From the NCBI RefSeq assembly GCF_009914755.1, contig NC_060942.1: DNA of 64,000 bases, one strand, 5' to 3'. This document shows positions 58,778 to 64,000 of this stretch, one piece after another. Every line of letters begins with the position of its first letter. Positions within the stretch are counted from its first letter, which is position 1. The position numbers and the translations under genes are program-made. Source of the stretch: the human T2T-CHM13v2.0 reference genome, Homo sapiens. The notes under the pieces were generated by a model. The model was not told the origin of the DNA. It ran no database searches and was given only the letters and a program-made list of their open reading frames with translations.

Positions 58778-59077
58778 GGCTGGGCACAGTGGCTCATGCC
58801 TGTAATCTCAGCACTTTGGGAGGCCGAGGTGGGCGGATCACTTGAGCCCAGGAATTCCAGACCAGCCTGGGCATTGTGAAACCCCATCTCTATAAAAATT
58901 TTTAAAAATATAGACAGGTATGGTGGTGCCTCCATGTAGTCTCAGCTACTCAGAAGGCTGAGGCAGGAGGTTGGCTTGAGCTCAGGGTGTGGAGGTTGCA
59001 GTGAGCCAAGACTGCACCACTGCACTCCAGCCTGGGTGCCTGAGTGAGACCCTGTCTTAAAAAAATAAAAAAATAAA
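58778..59077 (+). mobile_element. AluJ
   Basis: AluJ diagnostics ggatcacttgagcccagga and gagaccctgtct. Confidence 0.93.
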
Positions 59078-59757
59078 TGGAAGCTGGCAAGATTATAGAG
59101 AAAAGGGAATGTTTATACCATTTACACTGTTGGTGGGAGTGTAAATTAGCTCAACCTTTTTGGAAAGCAGTATGGAGGTTCCTCAAACAGCTAAAAGCAG
59201 AACAACCATTCCACCCAGCAATCCCATTACTGAGTATATACCCAGATGAATATAAATCATTCTACCATAAAGACACATGCACAAATGTTCATTGCATCAC
59301 TATTCACTATAGCCAAGACATGAAATCAACCTAAATGCCCATCAGTGGCAGATTGAATAAAGAAAATGTGGTACAAATATATCGTGGAATACTTTGTAGC
59401 CATAAAAAAAAGAGCAAGAACATGTCTTTAGCAGAAACATAGATGGAACTGGAAGCCATTATCTTCAGCAAACTTACACAGGAACAGAAAACCAAATAAT
59501 GCGTGTTCTCACTTATAAGTGGGAGCTAAGTGATGAGTACTCATGAACACAAAGAAGGAAAAAACAGACACTGGGATCCACTTAAGACTGGAGGGTTTGG
59601 GGCAGGGAGAGGAGCAGAAAAGATAACTTTTAGGGAATGAGCTTAAATACTTGGGTGATGAAATAATCTGTACAACAAACCCCCAACATGAGTTTACCTA
59701 CGTAACAAATCTTCACATGTACCCCTGAACCTAAAATAAAAGTTAAAAAAAAGAAAA
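59078..59757 (+). mobile_element. L1PA (mid-age, ~L1PA11-15) 3' end inserted at the Alu tail
   Basis: cactgttggtgggagtgtaaattag, tataaatcattctaccataaagacacatgc, ctgtacaacaaacccc, gaacctaaaataaaagttaaaa. Confidence 0.92.
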
Positions 59758-61759
59758 GCTTGAATCTTAGTCCACACTGACTTTTATCATATTGTCAGAA
59801 GAGAGATGAGAGTGCAAGAAACAATCAATCAACAACCAATAATAACTTATTGATTTACCAGAGATAATATTTTTCTTGTTCTATTATTTTAAAACATGTC
59901 ATTAACTAAAGTGTAAGTGGCCTCCAACATAGACCTTTGCTCCCGAATTATAACCAGCTGATAAATTTTATTCCCATCCTCCAACTGAGAGCAAGGCTAA
60001 TGCAGACTCAGAAATGTATTTCATCTTGATTTAGTAAATGTCATTTATCTGTCTCCATCATTGACTCAGATGCTAAGAATACAGCTTTTCTTGGCCATTT
60101 TATCCTAATTGATGAGGTGGCCACGTGTGCACATGCCGAGGCTCCAAGATGGACTGTCCCTGGCTTTTGATCGACTGTGTATGAAGTCGGCTTTTAGAAC
60201 TTATAACGGCCTCTTCTCTGGCCACGGCAGCACTTGTTATTAATGAAAAGCATGACTATCAGCTACTGGAAAGCAATCTAATTAAACAGCAAGATTTTCA
60301 TAAAATGAGCTTGAAATCAATGGGTCAATACAGAAGCCACTTAAGAAAACGTGTGTGTGATGAACCGCGATTGAGCTGAAGAAGGTGGTCAGCGTGCATT
60401 CTCACCAGCTCAACAGTCTGCCTGCATCTTGAGTTCCCCCAACCATTGTTAGTAAAAGTTACATCTTTTATGCTCAGAATTCAGAGGATTCAGGCAAATA
60501 TCTTAGGCAGAATCATGGCCGTCCTCCGAGCCCTAACGGCATTTGAGATGTGTCCAGTGGGAGTAATGTTCCTCCAGCTCGGCCTCCACGCAAGGAGCCG
60601 GTTCCTCAGGAACCGTAAGCGGGAGAAACACTCAGCTTCAGACCTGCTCTGACTCGGAGACTGTCTGGTGAACCAGAGAACTGGGTTATTGGCATTTCCT
60701 ACCTATACTTAACCGTTTGTAAACCCTATACATATTTTCTGATAAGCTACTTTGTCCACGAGCAAAGATAAATGTCTTAGATATTTCCATTATGTTTACT
60801 TGGCCTCATAAAATCAAGAACTCTTTATAAGAGGGAAAAAATTTATTAAAATCTTTTATGGTGCAAGATATAAATAATGCAGCCTGCAATGTATCTGCAT
60901 GGTGAAATCATGTTCTGCCTGGGGAGAGAAAGATGAGTAATTAAATGATTATATTCAATCCTAATATTTGATATTTGATTGTCAATGTCTGTTTAGCTAG
61001 ACTTACCTAAGGTATATCTGTAAATCAATTTTATATGCAAGCTTGGTTTATACAAAACTTTAAATGTTGAGACATTTATACAGTATTAGTGAAAAAGTTT
61101 CTGCCAGGATTAATCTATAAATGAAGGGTACATTCTTGCAAAATCTATAATTTTAACGTATAAAACAGTCAGTTGCTATTCTAATCATCCTCTTATCATC
61201 TATGCTGTCATCTTATCTGATCTGACCATCTTATTCAAACCATCCTCTTCATCAATGCCTGCTTCTATAGGATGAGCTTCTTTTCCCTCTATGGTGTTTA
61301 TCATATCTATTCAGTGTGGGATTAAGACGTCAAGCTGTCCTTGTCAGGGGGCTTATAATATAGCCCCAAACGTGAGTTTCCATCCTGCCCTGGCCCCAGC
61401 ATGGGCTCCCAGAATTCAACAACCCTCTCCTGTTTGTCCTTGATTCTCTCTGGAGAGACATCCTTCTCTTCCTTCATGCTTTTGTTGATGTCTGCGTATA
61501 CATACACAGGTATACATAAATGCATGTATCACACATGTATGCCTACACATATATTCTAAGTGTCTCATGCTAGCAGGTAATTCCAGTGTTTACTTATTCT
61601 GCCTGCAATGTGTTGACCTACAATGGGTTGGGTTTTCCTTTTTATGTAGATACATTTTATTAAACGAGAAGATATCTATAGTACAGAGGGTTTTCTTATG
61701 TGAACCTGACAGCCAGCACCTTAAAACATCACAAACTCTTACTGGATCTAGTTATTGTG

Positions 61760-61920
61760 TATAATCACTTATCCAACAAACATTTCCTGAATGTCTGCTA
61801 GCCTTCAAGTACTGCATTTATCAAGTGGCGAAATTAATCAGGTATTGATTAAATGCATGAATGTAAGGCAAGAACTTTGATCAGTCCTGGGATCACAGCG
61901 AGAAAAGAGAAGAGTCAACC
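61760..61920 (-). mobile_element. L2 fragment
   Basis: tatccaacaaacatttcctgaatgtctgcta...caagtactg. Confidence 0.45.
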
Positions 61921-64000
61921 CCTGTTGTTACCATCCTTTTCATGTTGACGGGGGCAACAGTGCAAGATGCAGATGCTGTGAACCTGAGGCTGTCATAGCC
62001 TGCGGGCGGTGACACAAGAAACCCTTACAAAGCACAATAGTAATTTTGATGATGAAGGAATTTGGGAGGGATTTCTACTCTGTCTGGAACATAGGGTAAA
62101 AATTCCCAGAGATGCAGCATCTGAGCTGAGCCGTCCACGGTGGCCCAAACATCTCAGGCCAGCAGCAGGGCTGACGTGGGCCAGGGCTGGATCACGCACC
62201 AGGCAGCTGGGCTAGAGATCAAGGGCCAACGCGGAGAGGGACTGGATGGGGTAATGGGCAGAACAGGCACTGTAAACAGTTGACATTTAACAGCAGAGAT
62301 TCGATCATTTTCAAAGTGGGTGTTTTTGCCCTCGGAATCCAAGCTCTTGGTGAAACATCTAGCCTGCAGAACAGATGCAGACATCGCTACGTGAGAGGTG
62401 CAGGTTCATTGCTGGAGACAAACACAGGCTTGGTGATTCCTTGGGAGTCTCCGCGTGGGACCCTCTCTTCTCCTGCTTCTGCAGTGCGCGCTCCCTGAAG
62501 TCCCATTCTTGCTCTATGGCTTTCTTCCCATTTGGTCTCTAGGGGCTAGTCCAGCCAACTCCCTGGCTTCACAACCCCTGTCCTGCTGAGGGTTCCAGGC
62601 CACCCGCCCTTCTTGAGCCCCTGCCCCTGTCCAGCTGCTGCTGAATGTCCCACGGGGACCGCAGACGACACAGTAGCTCGCACCTTCCCACGCGCTGCGC
62701 ACACTCAGTGCACCGACCTGCGTTCTGCCTCATTTCATAGCTGAATACACAACCGTATCATCCATAAATAGGAACGCAGTGCTTGACGGTATACTTTTGA
62801 GCTATAAAAACCTGCAGGATGGAGATGTGAATTTTTAAACGTATGAGCTTGAACCTATGAACGGGCTCCTTCTGCAGGTGGAGGATGGACAGCCAAGTCC
62901 CGTGAGAAGGTCGGCAGTTCCCTCGGTTCCTCTCCTAGGCGCGAAGCTCCACTCCTCGTCAGCTTGAAAATTCCCCATCGTCGCTTCCACTTTCCAAACA
63001 GAAACACACCTGTGAAGCTGTTTTTCATGTGCGATCGCCCCTTGAGCTGTCTGATTTATGGCTGGCCCTCATCCTTTGGAATAAAGCAGCCCTCTGCACC
63101 TTCCCTGAAACGTGGAAAATTTTGTTAGAAAGTGGGACTAGCTCCCCGCGTGGAGTTTCTCTGTTTTCCGAGACGGCTTACTCGGCGCCTAGTGAGCCGG
63201 TGCTTCTGTTTTTGTCTCTACTCCGTGTTCTGAGTGCACCCATTTATTCCCAGATAGCGTTTATACTTACAGAGGAGACAGGCGAACACTAAAACACAGC
63301 AGAAATATGACGAAACACCCTGCAACCTTGTTTCTTTTGAGTTCCTATCGCTCACTTCAATCTATTCTAAAAATAAAGGACTTGTCAGGCCTAATGATAA
63401 GGGAGAGTTTTAGGGAAATAAAGAGAGCTGAACTGACACAGACATAATAATGTCAAGATATAAATCACAGAGTCCTTCTGCCATTTTCATTATCTGCCTC
63501 GGAGGATTACGGTGCTTGCTATAAATGAGACGCTATGGGGACTCTGCCCGTATATACCAGTCTAGATGCAGGGTCAACAGTGGGCAAGTTTTGCTTAAAT
63601 CCCAGCAGGCATTCTATATTTTAGTTTTGGGCATTTTGAAAAATTGCATTTGTTGTATTAATATCTATCTATTTATCTATCTATTTTCTTTTAGGAAAGA
63701 CAAACGGACTCAAATTAGAGTAACAATGAATCAAATTAGAGGAAAAATGAATTCTTAAGCAGATAAGAAAAAGCTTAAATGCATCATGATTAAACCATAT
63801 GTCTCACACCATCATCTCTTAAGTACTATAAATCTTTACAGATGCACAGATTTGTGGGTTCCAAAGTGCCCGTGAATCCTTCCTCTACTGCGACACTCAT
63901 CCTTTCCTGAGCCTTTCAAAATGGAAAACATTTTTTTCATGAATGTGAAAGTTTCTTTAGCAGAGTAACTTAAGATTACTCTTAAGAACCTTTCTTCCTT

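Noticed and set aside
60599-60615. Short palindromes CGGTTCCT-C-AGGAACCG, ggattccc-tcg-gggaatcc (~10906) and a quasi-palindrome at 50759-50779
   Set aside because: Arms of 7-8 bp are within chance expectation.

Overview
This is non-coding primate genomic DNA, human or great ape judging by AluY/S/J, L1PA and THE1 content. I found no credible protein-coding gene, tRNA, rRNA or CRISPR array, and the ORF track is explained by repeats, low complexity and GC-rich sequence. Bases 1 to about 35.3 kb are a dense pile of nested fossil transposons: a hAT-Blackjack transposase fossil, THE1 and MLT1 solo LTRs, many L1 fragments, Alus, MER5A and two minisatellites. From about 35.3 kb to 64 kb the sequence is largely unique and TE-poor, with a CpG island at about 52.4-52.9 kb, homeodomain-motif-rich blocks, a 4-unit heat-shock element next to an NF-kB site, a dense E-box cluster, a 17-bp minisatellite and splice signals compatible with a minus-strand lncRNA. 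Several local rearrangement scars are directly visible (templated insertions, a 16-bp-arm inverted repeat, tandem duplications). I found no convincing evidence of a wholly new biological system; the best leads are regulatory or DNA-repair related. Repeat subfamily names come from recalled consensus sequences, and boundaries are approximate unless a target-site duplication (TSD) is given.
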